From: Cupriavidus necator
Lineage (GTDB): Bacteria > Pseudomonadota > Gammaproteobacteria > Burkholderiales > Burkholderiaceae
Direction: 5' to 3'
DNA length: 32,000 nt
Assembly: GCF_016127575.1 (NCBI RefSeq)
Contig: NZ_CP066019.1
Coordinates: forward strand, 1,380,001 to 1,412,000
Below are positions 1-9,289 of the stretch, one piece after another. Below the pieces are notes generated by a model. It had not been told where the DNA came from and ran no database searches. It saw only the letters and a list, made by a program, of their open reading frames with translations. How positions within the stretch are numbered: position 1 is the first letter of the stretch; every line of letters starts with the position of its first letter. The translations under genes and the position numbers were made by a program.

Positions 1-299
1 CGCAGAAGCTTGGCCTCAACGTCAACGTCTTTATCCACGTGTCGCTGGAGCGGCAGGCGCGCGAGGGGCTGGATGCCTTCGAACGCGCCGTGCGCGCGCT
101 GCCCAACGTGATGGAGTGCTACCTGATGACGGGCGATGCCGACTACCTGATCCGCGCCGTGGTGGCCGACGTGCAGGCCGTGGAGCGGCTGATCGTCGAC
201 GAGATCACGCGCATCCCCGGCGTCGCCAACATCCGCAGCAGCTTCGCACTCAAGCAGGTGATGTACGACACAGCCTTGCCGCTGCGCAATCCGCGCTAG
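1..299 (+). CDS. Lrp/AsnC family transcriptional regulator, C-terminal part (5' end outside the window; reading frame starts at nt 3)
   Basis: The frame is open from the window edge ([18 protein letters not shown]...). The AsnC-type ligand-binding (RAM) domain pattern [22 protein letters not shown]...IRSSFALK is present. Stop codon at 297-299. Confidence 0.85.
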   Translation, partial: QKLGLNVNVFIHVSLERQAREGLDAFERAVRALPNVMECYLMTGDADYLIRAVVADVQAVERLIVDEITRIPGVANIRSSFALKQVMYDTALPLRNPR

Positions 300-464
300 C
301 CCGGCGTTCGGCGTGGGATATGCCGCGGCCTCAGCATTTTCGAGTGGTTTTTATGGTGAGCGGCAGTGGATTGTGCTGCCACCTGCCGGATAGGCAGTCA
401 ACTTCAGCACCTCATGCGGGAGGGCACTCCATAGAATGGGACAAAACCCATTGGAGACTTCCCC

Positions 465-3161
465 ATGACCGACCTTGCCTCCCCACACGCCCGCCTGCTC
501 GCCCAGGCCATGCCCGACGGCGACGACGATCCGCAGGAGACGCGCGAATGGCTGGACGCGCTGGAGGCAGTGGTGGCGCAATGCGGGCAGGAGCGCGCGC
601 GCTTCCTGCTCGGCCGGCTGCTCGATGCCGCCCCCGCGCTGGGTGTGTCGACCACGGCTCAGAGCAACACGCCTTACCTGAACACCATCCCGGTCGAGTG
701 CCAGCCGCCTTATCCGGGGGATCTGGCGATGGAAGAGCGCATCACCGGCATCGTGCGCTGGAATGCCCTTGCCATGGTGGTGCGCGCCAACCAGGCCTAC
801 GGTGAACTGGGCGGGCATATCTCCAGCTATGCCTCGGCGGCGGACCTGTTCGAGGTCGGCTTCAACCACTTCTTCCAGGGCGCCGATGCCGGCAACGGCG
901 GCGACCTGGTCTACTTCCAGCCGCACTCGGCCCCGGGCGTGTACGCGCGCGCCTTCCTGGAAGGACGCCTGTCCGAGGCCCAGCTCGACAACTTCCGCCG
1001 CGAGGCGGGGGGGCAGGGCCTGTGCTCGTATCCGCACCCCTGGCTGATGCCGGACTTCTGGCAGTTCCCGACCGGCTCGATGGGGCTGGGCCCGATCCAG
1101 TCGGTCTACCAGGCGCGCTTCATGCGCTACATGGAGCACCGGGGGCTGCAGGCCACTTCGGGCCGGCACGTGTGGGGCGTGTTCGGCGACGGCGAGATGG
1201 ACGAGCCCGAATCGATCGCCGCGCTGCCGCTGGCAGCGCGCGAGAAGCTCGACAACCTGACCTTTGTCATCAACTGCAACCTGCAGCGCCTGGACGGCCC
1301 GGTGCGCGGCAACGGCCAGATCGTGCAGGAGCTGGAAGCGCTGTTCCGCGGCGCGGGCTGGAACGTGATCAAGGTGCTGTGGGGCAGCGCCTGGGACCCG
1401 ATCTTCGCGCGCGATCACTCCGGCGCGTTGCTGCGCGCCTTCGCCTCGACCATGGACGGCCAGTTCCAGACTTACAAGGCCAAGGACGGCCACTATGGGC
1501 GCGAGCATTTCTTTGGCCAGAACGAAGCGCTGAAGGCACTGGTCGCGCATATGACGCCGGATGAGGTGGCGGCGCTGAACCGCGGCGGACACGACCTGCG
1601 CAAGCTCCATGCGGCCTTTGCCGCGGCACGCGCGCACAAGGGCCAGCCCACGGTGATCCTGGCCAAGACCATCAAGGGCTATGGCATGGGCAATGCCGGC
1701 CAGGCGCAGAACACCACGCACCAGCAGAAGAAGCTCGACATCGAGGCGCTGAAGGCATTCCGCAGCCGCTTCGGCCTGGAGCTGTCCGACGAGGACCTGG
1801 AATCGATGCGCTTCTACCGCCCGGCCGAGGACAGCGCTGAGCTGCGCTACCTGCGCGAACGCCGCCAGGTGCTGGGCGGCTACCTGCCGGCGCGCCAGCG
1901 CCAGGCCGACACCGTGGCGGTGCCGCCGCTGGCGCAATACGGCCAGTTCGCGGTGGCGGCCGACCAGAAGGAGATGTCGACCACCATGGCAATGGTGCGC
2001 ATGCTGACCGGCCTGCTCAAGGACAAGGCGCTCGGTCCGCGCGTGGTGCCCATCGTCGCCGACGAGGCGCGCACCTTCGGCATGGCCAGCCTGTTCCGCC
2101 AGGTCGGCATCTATTCATCGCAGGGCCAGCTGTACGAGCCCGAGGACGCCGGCTCGATGCTGTACTACCGCGAGGACATCCGCGGCCAGATCCTGGAAGA
2201 GGGCATCACCGAGGCCGGTGCGATGTCGTCGTGGATTGCCGCGGGCACCGCCTACAGCAACCATGGCACGGCCATGCTGCCGCTCTATATCTACTACTCG
2301 ATGTTCGGCTTCCAGCGCATCGGCGACCTGATCTGGGCCGCCGGCGACCAGCGTGCGCGCGGCTTCCTGGTGGGCGCTACGGCAGGCCGCACCACGCTGT
2401 CCGGCGAAGGGCTGAAGCACCAGGACGGCACCAGCCACATCATTGCCGCCACCATCCCCAACTGCCGCGCCTATGACCCCGCCTACGCCTATGAGCTGGC
2501 AGTCATCGTCGACGAGGGCATGCGCGCGATGATGGAGCGCCAGGAGGACGTGTTCTATTACCTGACCGTGATGAACGAGAACTACGCCCAGCCGTCGATG
2601 CCGGCGGGCGTGGAGCGCGACATCGTGCGCGGCATGTACCGGCTTGCGCAGGTGGAAGGCGGCGGGCGCGCCAGGGTGCGGCTGCTCGGCAGCGGCACCA
2701 TCCTGCGCGAGGTGGAGGCCGCGGCGCAGATGCTGGCCGAGGACTGGCAGGTCGACAGCGAGGTGTTCAGCGTCACCAGCTTCTCCGAGCTGGAGCGCGA
2801 GGCGCGCGAGACCGCGCGCCAGCGCCTGCATCATCCGCAGGACAGCATCGCCCCCAGCCATGTGGAAGCGCTGCTGGCCGGCGACGCGCCGGTGGTGGCG
2901 GCCACTGACTACGTGCGCGCCTATCCGCAGCTGATTGCGCCCTACGTGCCGGCTCCCTTCACGGTGCTGGGCACCGACGGCTATGGCCGCAGCGACAACC
3001 GGCCGTCGCTGCGCCGCTTCTTCGAGGTCGATCGCGCCTATGTCTGCGTGGCGGCGCTGCGCGCGCTTGCGGCGCAGGGCACGGTGCCGGCGTCGGTGGT
3101 GGCCGAGGCGATCACGCGCTACGGCATCGACACGGACAAGCCTGCGCCGTCCTCGCTCTGA
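465..3161 (+). CDS. aceE: pyruvate dehydrogenase E1 component, homodimeric (AceE) type, 898 aa
   Basis: Length and N-terminal pattern DPQETREWLDALEAVV are typical of AceE. Thiamine-diphosphate region GDGEMDEPES...NCNLQRLDG is present. High GC3 throughout. Confidence 0.95.
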   Translation: MTDLASPHARLLAQAMPDGDDDPQETREWLDALEAVVAQCGQERARFLLGRLLDAAPALGVSTTAQSNTPYLNTIPVECQPPYPGDLAMEERITGIVRWNALAMVVRANQAYGELGGHISSYASAADLFEVGFNHFFQGADAGNGGDLVYFQPHSAPGVYARAFLEGRLSEAQLDNFRREAGGQGLCSYPHPWLMPDFWQFPTGSMGLGPIQSVYQARFMRYMEHRGLQATSGRHVWGVFGDGEMDEPESIAALPLAAREKLDNLTFVINCNLQRLDGPVRGNGQIVQELEALFRGAGWNVIKVLWGSAWDPIFARDHSGALLRAFASTMDGQFQTYKAKDGHYGREHFFGQNEALKALVAHMTPDEVAALNRGGHDLRKLHAAFAAARAHKGQPTVILAKTIKGYGMGNAGQAQNTTHQQKKLDIEALKAFRSRFGLELSDEDLESMRFYRPAEDSAELRYLRERRQVLGGYLPARQRQADTVAVPPLAQYGQFAVAADQKEMSTTMAMVRMLTGLLKDKALGPRVVPIVADEARTFGMASLFRQVGIYSSQGQLYEPEDAGSMLYYREDIRGQILEEGITEAGAMSSWIAAGTAYSNHGTAMLPLYIYYSMFGFQRIGDLIWAAGDQRARGFLVGATAGRTTLSGEGLKHQDGTSHIIAATIPNCRAYDPAYAYELAVIVDEGMRAMMERQEDVFYYLTVMNENYAQPSMPAGVERDIVRGMYRLAQVEGGGRARVRLLGSGTILREVEAAAQMLAEDWQVDSEVFSVTSFSELEREARETARQRLHHPQDSIAPSHVEALLAGDAPVVAATDYVRAYPQLIAPYVPAPFTVLGTDGYGRSDNRPSLRRFFEVDRAYVCVAALRALAAQGTVPASVVAEAITRYGIDTDKPAPSSL

Positions 3162-3341
3162 TATCGCCGGCTTCACCTTGCAGGCCAGGCGGGGCGCTTC
3201 GGTGCGGGACTCCACATGCGACGGCGGCGGCTGTTAAGCTTTGTCCTTCTGCAGCCGCTCCAGTTGCGCGTCCGTGCCGCCACGGGCGCGCACCGCCATG
3301 GTCCGGCGCCGCCCCCCCAGCATGATCGCCAAGCGCCGGAT

Positions 3342-4532
3342 ATGAAACGGATTCCTGTTGCCCGCATCGCCACCATCGCCATGGCTTGCAGCCTCTTCGC
3401 GGCCAATGCCAGTGCCGCCGACAGTGTCGGCCAGCGCCAGATAGAACGCGCTGTGAACGATGCCATCCGCCCCCTGATGGCGGCGCACGGCGTCCCCGGC
3501 ATGGCCGTTGCCGTCACGGCCGGCGGCAAGCGCTACGTCTTCAACTACGGCGTCGCGGCGAAGGAGGGCCGGCGCAAGGTCGACGGCGACACGCTCTTCG
3601 AGATCGGCTCGGTCAGCAAGACCTTCACCGCGACGCTCGCGTCCTATGGACAGGCCCGCGGCACCCTGTCCCTGGCCGACCCTGCCGGGAAATACCTGCC
3701 GGCGCTTGCGGGAAGCAGCCTGGGCGCGACCAGCCTGCTCGACCTCGGCACCTATGCCGCCGGCGGCCTGCCGCTGCAGTTTCCGGATGCGGTCACCGAT
3801 ACCAGGACGATGGTCGACTATTTCCGGGGCTGGCGCCCCAGATATGCCGCCGGCAGCCATCGCCAGTATTCGAATCCCAGCATCGGCTTGTTCGGCTACC
3901 TGGCCGCCAGCAGCATGGGCCAGCCCTTCGATGACCTGATGGAGAAGACGCTGTTCCCGGCGCTGGGCCTGGCCCACACCTACATCAGGGTGCCGAAGGC
4001 GCGCATGGGCGACTACGCCTATGGCTATTCGAAAGACGGCAAGCCGGTCCGCGTGACGCCCGGCGTGCTGGATGCCGAAGCCTACGGCGTGAAAACCACG
4101 GCGGCCGACATGATCCGCTTTGTCGAAGCCAACATCGACAGTGCCGGCCTGGACGACAAGCTGCGGCGTGCCATTGCCGGGACGCACACCGGGTACTTCA
4201 AGGTCGGCGACATGGTGCAGGGGCTGGGCTGGGAAATGTACGCCTGGCCCACACGGGTCGACAGCGTGCTGGCCGGCAGTTCACCGCAGGTCGTGCTCGA
4301 GGCGAACCAGGTGAGCCGGCTGGAGCCGCCGCTGTCATCGCCCGCCGATGTGCTGGTCAACAAGACCGGCTCGACCAATGGCTTTGGCGCCTACGTGGTC
4401 TTTGTGCCGGCGAAGCGGATTGGCATCGTGATGCTGGCGAACAAGAACTTCCCGGTACCGGAGCGGGTAAAGGCAGCGTTTCGGATACTGGCGGCCCTGG
4501 ACGGTGCGCCGGGACGGGCGGATACCCCGTAA
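3342..4532 (+). CDS. ampC: class C (AmpC-type) beta-lactamase / serine hydrolase with signal peptide, 396 aa
   Basis: Catalytic motifs are present in order: SVSK (SxxK), YSN (YxN), KTG. The ATG at 3342 gives the signal peptide MKRIPVARIATIAMACSLFAANASA. The tracked ORF start at 3216 adds an Arg/Pro-rich non-protein-like leader. Confidence 0.85.
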   Translation: MKRIPVARIATIAMACSLFAANASAADSVGQRQIERAVNDAIRPLMAAHGVPGMAVAVTAGGKRYVFNYGVAAKEGRRKVDGDTLFEIGSVSKTFTATLASYGQARGTLSLADPAGKYLPALAGSSLGATSLLDLGTYAAGGLPLQFPDAVTDTRTMVDYFRGWRPRYAAGSHRQYSNPSIGLFGYLAASSMGQPFDDLMEKTLFPALGLAHTYIRVPKARMGDYAYGYSKDGKPVRVTPGVLDAEAYGVKTTAADMIRFVEANIDSAGLDDKLRRAIAGTHTGYFKVGDMVQGLGWEMYAWPTRVDSVLAGSSPQVVLEANQVSRLEPPLSSPADVLVNKTGSTNGFGAYVVFVPAKRIGIVMLANKNFPVPERVKAAFRILAALDGAPGRADTP

Positions 4533-4689
4533 GGGGAGGGTGGGGCTGCGTCATGCATCGCAGGCCTGTCCAGCGGCTGGTCCGCAAAAAATCCGGCTTT
4601 CCATGGAATAGTCCACGCCCTCCATGTGTATACGCAGGTACCCCCCGGCCGCCGGCTAACGCCAGGCCCGGTAGAAAGGAGACCCTGCA

Positions 4690-5136
4690 ATGCAACGGAG
4701 AACCCCAAGCAATGGCGTCGGCACCGCGGCACGCATCGTGCCGGCGCTGCTTCTATGGGCTGCAAGCTTTGCCGCGCCAGCCCAGGAAACCCACCACCAT
4801 CACCAAACCACTGCGGGGCAGGTGCCGCCGCCCTTTGTCGCCAGCACCGCAAAACCGTTTGCCGGCCTGATGGGTGACGCCATGGCCGTAATGGATCACG
4901 GTATGGCGCAGGCAGCCATGAACGGCATCCCCGACCACGACTTTGTCACCATGATGATTCCGCACCACCAGGGCGCGATCGACATGGCCAAGGCGCTGCT
5001 GCTGTATGGCAAAGACCCGGAGTTGCGCAATCTTGCACAGGCCATCATCACCGAGCAGCAAAACGAGATCCGCCTGATGCAGGCCTGGCTCCAGCGCAGC
5101 CAGGCCAGGGCACCTGGCGCCACCAATCCTCGCTAA
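4690..5136 (+). CDS. DUF305 family periplasmic protein with His-rich N-terminus, 148 aa
   Basis: Signal peptide followed by ETHHHHQTT. The DUF305-type motif DHDFVTMMIPHHQGAIDMAK is present. SD AAAGGAG lies 8 nt upstream of the ATG. Confidence 0.8.
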   Translation: MQRRTPSNGVGTAARIVPALLLWAASFAAPAQETHHHHQTTAGQVPPPFVASTAKPFAGLMGDAMAVMDHGMAQAAMNGIPDHDFVTMMIPHHQGAIDMAKALLLYGKDPELRNLAQAIITEQQNEIRLMQAWLQRSQARAPGATNPR

Positions 5137-5172
5137 CCGGCGGACATACACCGCCCGCTTCTGGACCGAATC

Positions 5173-6552
5173 ATGAAAAGACATGCCCTTATCCTTGCCG
5201 TGGCCGCGCCTCTCGCAGTCGCCGCGCCGCAGCCACAGGATCGCGTTTACACCGCCGACCAGAACAGCAACACCGTTTCAGTGATCAATCCGGCGAGCAA
5301 CACCTTGCTTGGGCAGATCCGCCTTGGCAACGCGCGGCCGGACGTGCTGTCGCCGCTTTACAAGGGCGAGCTCAATGTCCACGGCCTTGGCTTCTCGCCC
5401 GACCATCGGACCCTGATCGCGATCTCGAACGGCTCGAATTCCGTCGCGTTCATCGATACCGCGACCAACAAGGTCAAGGGCATTGCCTATATCGGCCGCT
5501 CACCGCATGAGGGCTTCTTTACCGCGGATGGAAAAGAGGTGTGGGTAGTCGTGCGCGGCGAAGACTATATCTCCGTCATCAACCCGGTGACATTCCGGGA
5601 AACCCGCCGCATCCAGACCACGGCAGGGCCGGGCATGGTGCTGTTCCATCCTGCCGGCAAGCTCGCCTTCGTGGTGTCCAGCTTCAACCCCGTGGTGGAT
5701 GTCATCGATGTCAGGGCACACAAGGTGGTCAAGCGCCTCAGTGTCACCAGCCCGTTCTCACCGTTCCTGCAGTTCACGCCGGACTTCCGCGAGGTGTGGA
5801 TGACGCACAAGGACGTGGGCAAGGTCACCCGCATCGACACCGAGAAACTGGAAGTGAAGGGCGTCTTCGACTCCGGCTTCATCACCAATCACCTTGCCTT
5901 TGCCAGGACCGCGCGTGGCACGTTCGCCTATGTGACAGTGGGCGGCGAAAACGTGGTCAAGGTATTCACCACCGAGGCCGAACCGCGGCTGGTCGCGACC
6001 ATTCCGGTCGGCGCGCTGCCGCACGGCATCTGGGCTGCCGATGACAGTTCACGCATCTATGTCGGGCTGGAAAACGGCGACGCCGTCGACGTGATCGACA
6101 CCGCAACGAACCAGGTCACGACCCGCGTGCCGGTTGGCCAGGCGCCGCAGGCACTGGTCTATGTCTCCAACGCAGTGCCAGGCGGCGACGGGACCGCCAA
6201 CCTTGTGCAGAGAGCGAACAGCGATCCGGTCAACATCGCCCTTAAACCGGTCCGTGGCGATGCCAAGGGCTTTGTGGTCGCGCGCAATCTCGGTGTCGTC
6301 GACGCATTGGAAGTATCCCTGTTCAAGCTGAAGCCGCAAACCACGTACAGCGTCTATGTCGCAGGGCAGGCCACGCCCGTGGCAAGCTTCCGCACCAATG
6401 CGGCCGGCATGGCCAACGGCACCGCCATTGGCCCGCTGCGCGAAGTCGTGACGACGCTTTCGCCAAAAAGCGCCGCGCCAGCGAAGCTGATCGTCATGGA
6501 GGGCGATGCGGCGGCGGATCCGGCCGCGGCGGTGTTGGTGAGCGTGCCGTGA
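5173..6552 (+). CDS. YVTN-family beta-propeller repeat protein, secreted, 459 aa
   Basis: Signal peptide MKRHALILAVAAPLAVAAP. There are repeated ~40-aa units of the type NSNTVSVINPASNTLL / GSNSVAFIDTATNKV / GDAVDVIDTATNQV. Confidence 0.8.
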   Translation: MKRHALILAVAAPLAVAAPQPQDRVYTADQNSNTVSVINPASNTLLGQIRLGNARPDVLSPLYKGELNVHGLGFSPDHRTLIAISNGSNSVAFIDTATNKVKGIAYIGRSPHEGFFTADGKEVWVVVRGEDYISVINPVTFRETRRIQTTAGPGMVLFHPAGKLAFVVSSFNPVVDVIDVRAHKVVKRLSVTSPFSPFLQFTPDFREVWMTHKDVGKVTRIDTEKLEVKGVFDSGFITNHLAFARTARGTFAYVTVGGENVVKVFTTEAEPRLVATIPVGALPHGIWAADDSSRIYVGLENGDAVDVIDTATNQVTTRVPVGQAPQALVYVSNAVPGGDGTANLVQRANSDPVNIALKPVRGDAKGFVVARNLGVVDALEVSLFKLKPQTTYSVYVAGQATPVASFRTNAAGMANGTAIGPLREVVTTLSPKSAAPAKLIVMEGDAAADPAAAVLVSVP

Positions 6553-6587
6553 TCTGAGCGTGGCGACCTGGGTTGGCGGATCCCCGG

Positions 6588-7820
6588 CTAGAGCGCCAGG
6601 ATCCACCCACCCAGCGCCGCGCCGGCCACCACCAGTACGGGGGACACGCGGCCGTAGACGAGCAAGCCGAAGGCCGCCAGCGCCAGGCCGAAATCCGCCT
6701 TCGAGTGGATCGCGCTGGTCCACACCGGGTCGTACAGCGCGGCGGCCAGTACGCCAACGACGGCTGCATTGATGCCACCCATCGCGCTCTGCACCCCGTC
6801 GCGCTGGCGCAGGCTTTCCCAGAACGGCAATGCGCCGGCCACCAGCAGGAACGCCGGCGCAAAGATCGCGAGAAGCAGTACCAGCGCGCCCACCCATCCA
6901 CCCAATGGCGCGGGCGAGAGCGCCCCGAGGTACGCGGCAAAGGTGAACAGGGGACCCGGAACTGCTTGTGCTGCGCCGTAGCCCGCCAGGAATGCATCGT
7001 TGCCGACCCAGCCAGGGGGCACCACGCCAGCCTGCAGCAGCGGCAGTACGACATGCCCACCCCCGAAAACCAGCGCTCCGGCCTGGTAGAAGACCGACAC
7101 GGCCGACACCGCCATCGAACCAGTCATTGCGGCAAGGGCCGGGAGCAGCACCAGCAGCACGCCGAACAACGCGAGAAGCAAAGCGCCGACCCGGCGACTC
7201 ACACCGTAGTTGAGATGCTGGGCAGGAGGCAGATGGTTCAGCTGCAAGGTCCAGCGCGCAACCAGGCCACCCAGCACAATGGCGGCAACCTGGCCCACCG
7301 CACTTGGCACCGCGAGGACCAGAAGCGCGGCCACGACCGCGATGCCGGCACGCAGCCGGTCCGGACACAGCGACCTGGCCATGCCCCATACCGCCTGTGC
7401 GACAACCGCCACGGCCGCCACCTTCAGGCCGTGGACTGCCCCGGAATCCGCAACGCCGGACCAGCGCGCAATGCCAAAGGCAAACAGGACAAGTGCAATC
7501 GCAGAGGGCAGGGTAAAGCCCATCCAGGCGGCCAGCGCGCCAAGCCAGCCCGCCCGCTGCAGCCCCAGCGCCATGCCAACCTGGCTGCTGGCTGGCCCCG
7601 GCAGGAATTGACACAGCGCGACCAGGTCCGAGTAGCTCTTGTCGTCCAGCCAGCGGCGGCGCTCGACGAATTCGGCTCGGAAGTAACCGAGGTGCGCGAT
7701 CGGGCCGCCGAACGAAGTCAGGCCAAGTTTCAGGAACGCCCGAAGAACCTCTGGAGCCGTGCCACGTGTGGTGGTTGCGTCAGCGGCGCGGTTTGAGTCC
7801 TGGGCGGGGTTGGTGGGCAT
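6588..7820 (-). CDS. chrA: chromate efflux transporter ChrA, 410 aa
   Basis: Signature FLKLGLTSFGGPIAHLGYFRAEFVERRRWLDD...LCQFLPGPASSQV. A second CHR half follows (GALVFGGGHVVLPLL). The protein is polytopic and hydrophobic. Confidence 0.92.
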   Translation of the reverse strand: MPTNPAQDSNRAADATTTRGTAPEVLRAFLKLGLTSFGGPIAHLGYFRAEFVERRRWLDDKSYSDLVALCQFLPGPASSQVGMALGLQRAGWLGALAAWMGFTLPSAIALVLFAFGIARWSGVADSGAVHGLKVAAVAVVAQAVWGMARSLCPDRLRAGIAVVAALLVLAVPSAVGQVAAIVLGGLVARWTLQLNHLPPAQHLNYGVSRRVGALLLALFGVLLVLLPALAAMTGSMAVSAVSVFYQAGALVFGGGHVVLPLLQAGVVPPGWVGNDAFLAGYGAAQAVPGPLFTFAAYLGALSPAPLGGWVGALVLLLAIFAPAFLLVAGALPFWESLRQRDGVQSAMGGINAAVVGVLAAALYDPVWTSAIHSKADFGLALAAFGLLVYGRVSPVLVVAGAALGGWILAL

Positions 7821-7929
7821 CGGCGGTTTCTCGGTTAAGGCTTCATCGGCCAGTTATGCCTCCCAAATTCGGCCTTACCATATGCGGAATTCCTGTGGCT
7901 CCGCAAAAGGCGTGGCCGAGCAGTCGGCT

Positions 7930-8142
7930 TCAGTCCAACAAAAACCCGCCCTCGAACGGGGCGGCGTAGTTCGCGTCGGCGCGCAACGCTTCGAACTCCG
8001 GCATGTCCGCGAACGGCGTCACCCGTATATCGACCTGGCAGCGCCATTGCTCAAGCGAATCGGACTGGATGGCCAGTGCCAGGTGGCTCTTGTGCTTGCG
8101 CGACGGATACCGGAAACCGACCGGCGCTCCATCGCCAGTCAA
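7930..8142 (-). CDS. hypothetical small protein (70 aa, TTG start) or a gene remnant
   Basis: GC3 is high, as in real genes of this window. It begins 26 nt after the stop of the upstream gene. No ATG, no clear SD and no recognisable domain. Confidence 0.3.
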   Translation of the reverse strand: MTGDGAPVGFRYPSRKHKSHLALAIQSDSLEQWRCQVDIRVTPFADMPEFEALRADANYAAPFEGGFLLD

Positions 8143-8167
8143 GTCCCAATGATTTTTGACGTCGACA

Positions 8168-8803
8168 TCAGCTGATCAGATCCGAACTGCGCGAGGGCAG
8201 CGCGGTCAACTGCGCGATCACCCAGCCCTGCCGCTCGCCGGCGGATTGTGCAAGGTGGCCACGCTGCGCGGCGGTAAGTGCCGCGCGCGATTGGAACGCC
8301 TTGCCCGCCAGCATTTCGGCAGGCGTCAGGTCGTCGAAGGCATCGACCGGGGTGACCCAGAACGCATGGATTTCGCTACTCGGCAGGTTCTTCATCTGGC
8401 GCAGCACCGGAACCAGCAGCTCCGGCACCGGCGGCGCGAATTGCCAGGCCGGGAAGGCGCGGCCGATCGCCTTGCCGCGCGGGGTGACACAGTAAAAGCG
8501 TGCATCCTCCACTGCGCGGTATAGTGTCGCCTGCGACATGGCCACCAGACCCTGTGCAATGACCTCCGAGGGCTTCAGATATGACACGGCGAGCCGGTTC
8601 TCGACATCTGCCGCCGGCGAGCCGGGGTGTCCGAGCGTTGCCGTCAGGCACTGGCGCACGATGTCCATCACGCGGGCACGTTCGCCCACGTCGATGGTGT
8701 GTTCCAGTTGCTCGTCGATGTCGTGGACCAATTTCTCGACCAGTTGGGGGCCGACCGCAATGGCGGCCGGCACGTGGGTACGCGGTGTCATATCAAACTC
8801 CAT
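8168..8803 (-). CDS. hypothetical protein with a putative HTH and a DUF2384-like (Xre/MbcA/ParS antitoxin-type) C-terminal region
   Basis: HTH-like segment MSQATLYRAVEDARF. C-terminal pattern FWVTPVDAFDDLTPAEMLAG resembles DUF2384. The more likely start is ATG 8791 (GGAG 6 nt upstream) rather than 8803. Confidence 0.6.
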   Translation of the reverse strand: MEFDMTPRTHVPAAIAVGPQLVEKLVHDIDEQLEHTIDVGERARVMDIVRQCLTATLGHPGSPAADVENRLAVSYLKPSEVIAQGLVAMSQATLYRAVEDARFYCVTPRGKAIGRAFPAWQFAPPVPELLVPVLRQMKNLPSSEIHAFWVTPVDAFDDLTPAEMLAGKAFQSRAALTAAQRGHLAQSAGERQGWVIAQLTALPSRSSDLIS

Positions 8804-9130
8804 CAGATGACAACCCGGGGCGGGGCGAAGGCGGGGGGGATGCTCGCTTCGCGATCAGATCGCGCACAGGACAACCGATCTTGGGCTAACGACGCTAGAG
8901 CCAACGCCAGGACGGATCGGGATTGGCACCTGCACTTTACTCAACTTTCTCAGGATTCTCAAGTTTCTCGCAGGGACCTTGCGCCGGTCGATCTGCCGCA
9001 TCGTCATGGTAATGGCTCCTGCTGGCATGACGGGCTCCCGCGCGCTGGAAGCCGTCAAGCTTACGCCTGCCAAACTCGGACATTTGAACTTAGCCAGAAC
9101 CGGACATTACCGCTTAGCCGCTACATTCTA

Positions 9131-9158
9131 TGCGCGCATAATAAGTGTTATGTCAAAT
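9131..9158 (+). other. dif-like XerC/XerD recombination site (left junction of the element)
   Basis: The site is TGCGCGCATAA-TAAGTG-TTATGTCAAAT, compared with E. coli dif GGTGCGCATAA-TGTATA-TTATGTTAAAT. The XerC arm matches 9/11 and the XerD arm 10/11. It is intergenic. Confidence 0.7.
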
Positions 9159-9241
9159 CCCATCCGTAGCTCTGCAACCCAATACTGGCGCGGCTCTCCG
9201 GGCACCTAAGCACCGATTTCCAAGCGCGTCGACAATTTATC

Positions 9242-9274
9242 CCCCACGTGTCACCCGGCACCGTGGGGTTTTTT
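9242..9274 (+). terminator. rho-independent terminator-like hairpin
   Basis: CCCCACG(tg tcacccggca c)CGTGGGG is followed by TTTTTT (9269-9274). It lies just upstream of the ATG at 9290. Confidence 0.5.
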
Positions 9275-9289
9275 CGTCATGGGTCACAA

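Noticed and set aside
351-1937. Very long ORFs lie antisense to, or out of frame with, well-supported genes. Examples: 351-1937(-), 2115-3215(-), 6049-7614(-), 6573-7796(+), 14164-15531(+), 22095-23435(+), 26032-27318(-) and 28047-29186(-).
   Set aside because: This is a typical artefact of 65-70% GC DNA, where stop codons are rare. The translations are Arg/Ala/Gly/Pro-rich with no motifs. The partner-strand genes carry clear family signatures and proper GC3 bias.
3216-3341. The ORF track suggests 5' extensions of genes: AmpC from 3216, the kinase to 25195, the SDR to 26075, the CoA ligase from 25162, ActP from 28029, LysR to 31326 and the exonuclease from 20302.
   Set aside because: The extensions are low-complexity or run through neighbouring genes. 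Internal starts have SD sequences, signal peptides or canonical family N-termini.
8940-8969. Two 12-bp direct repeats, CTCAACTTTCTC and CTCAAGTTTCTC, lie 18 bp apart in the spacer left of the dif-like site.
   Set aside because: There are only two short copies with a mismatch. This could be chance or a minor operator, so the evidence is insufficient for a feature call.
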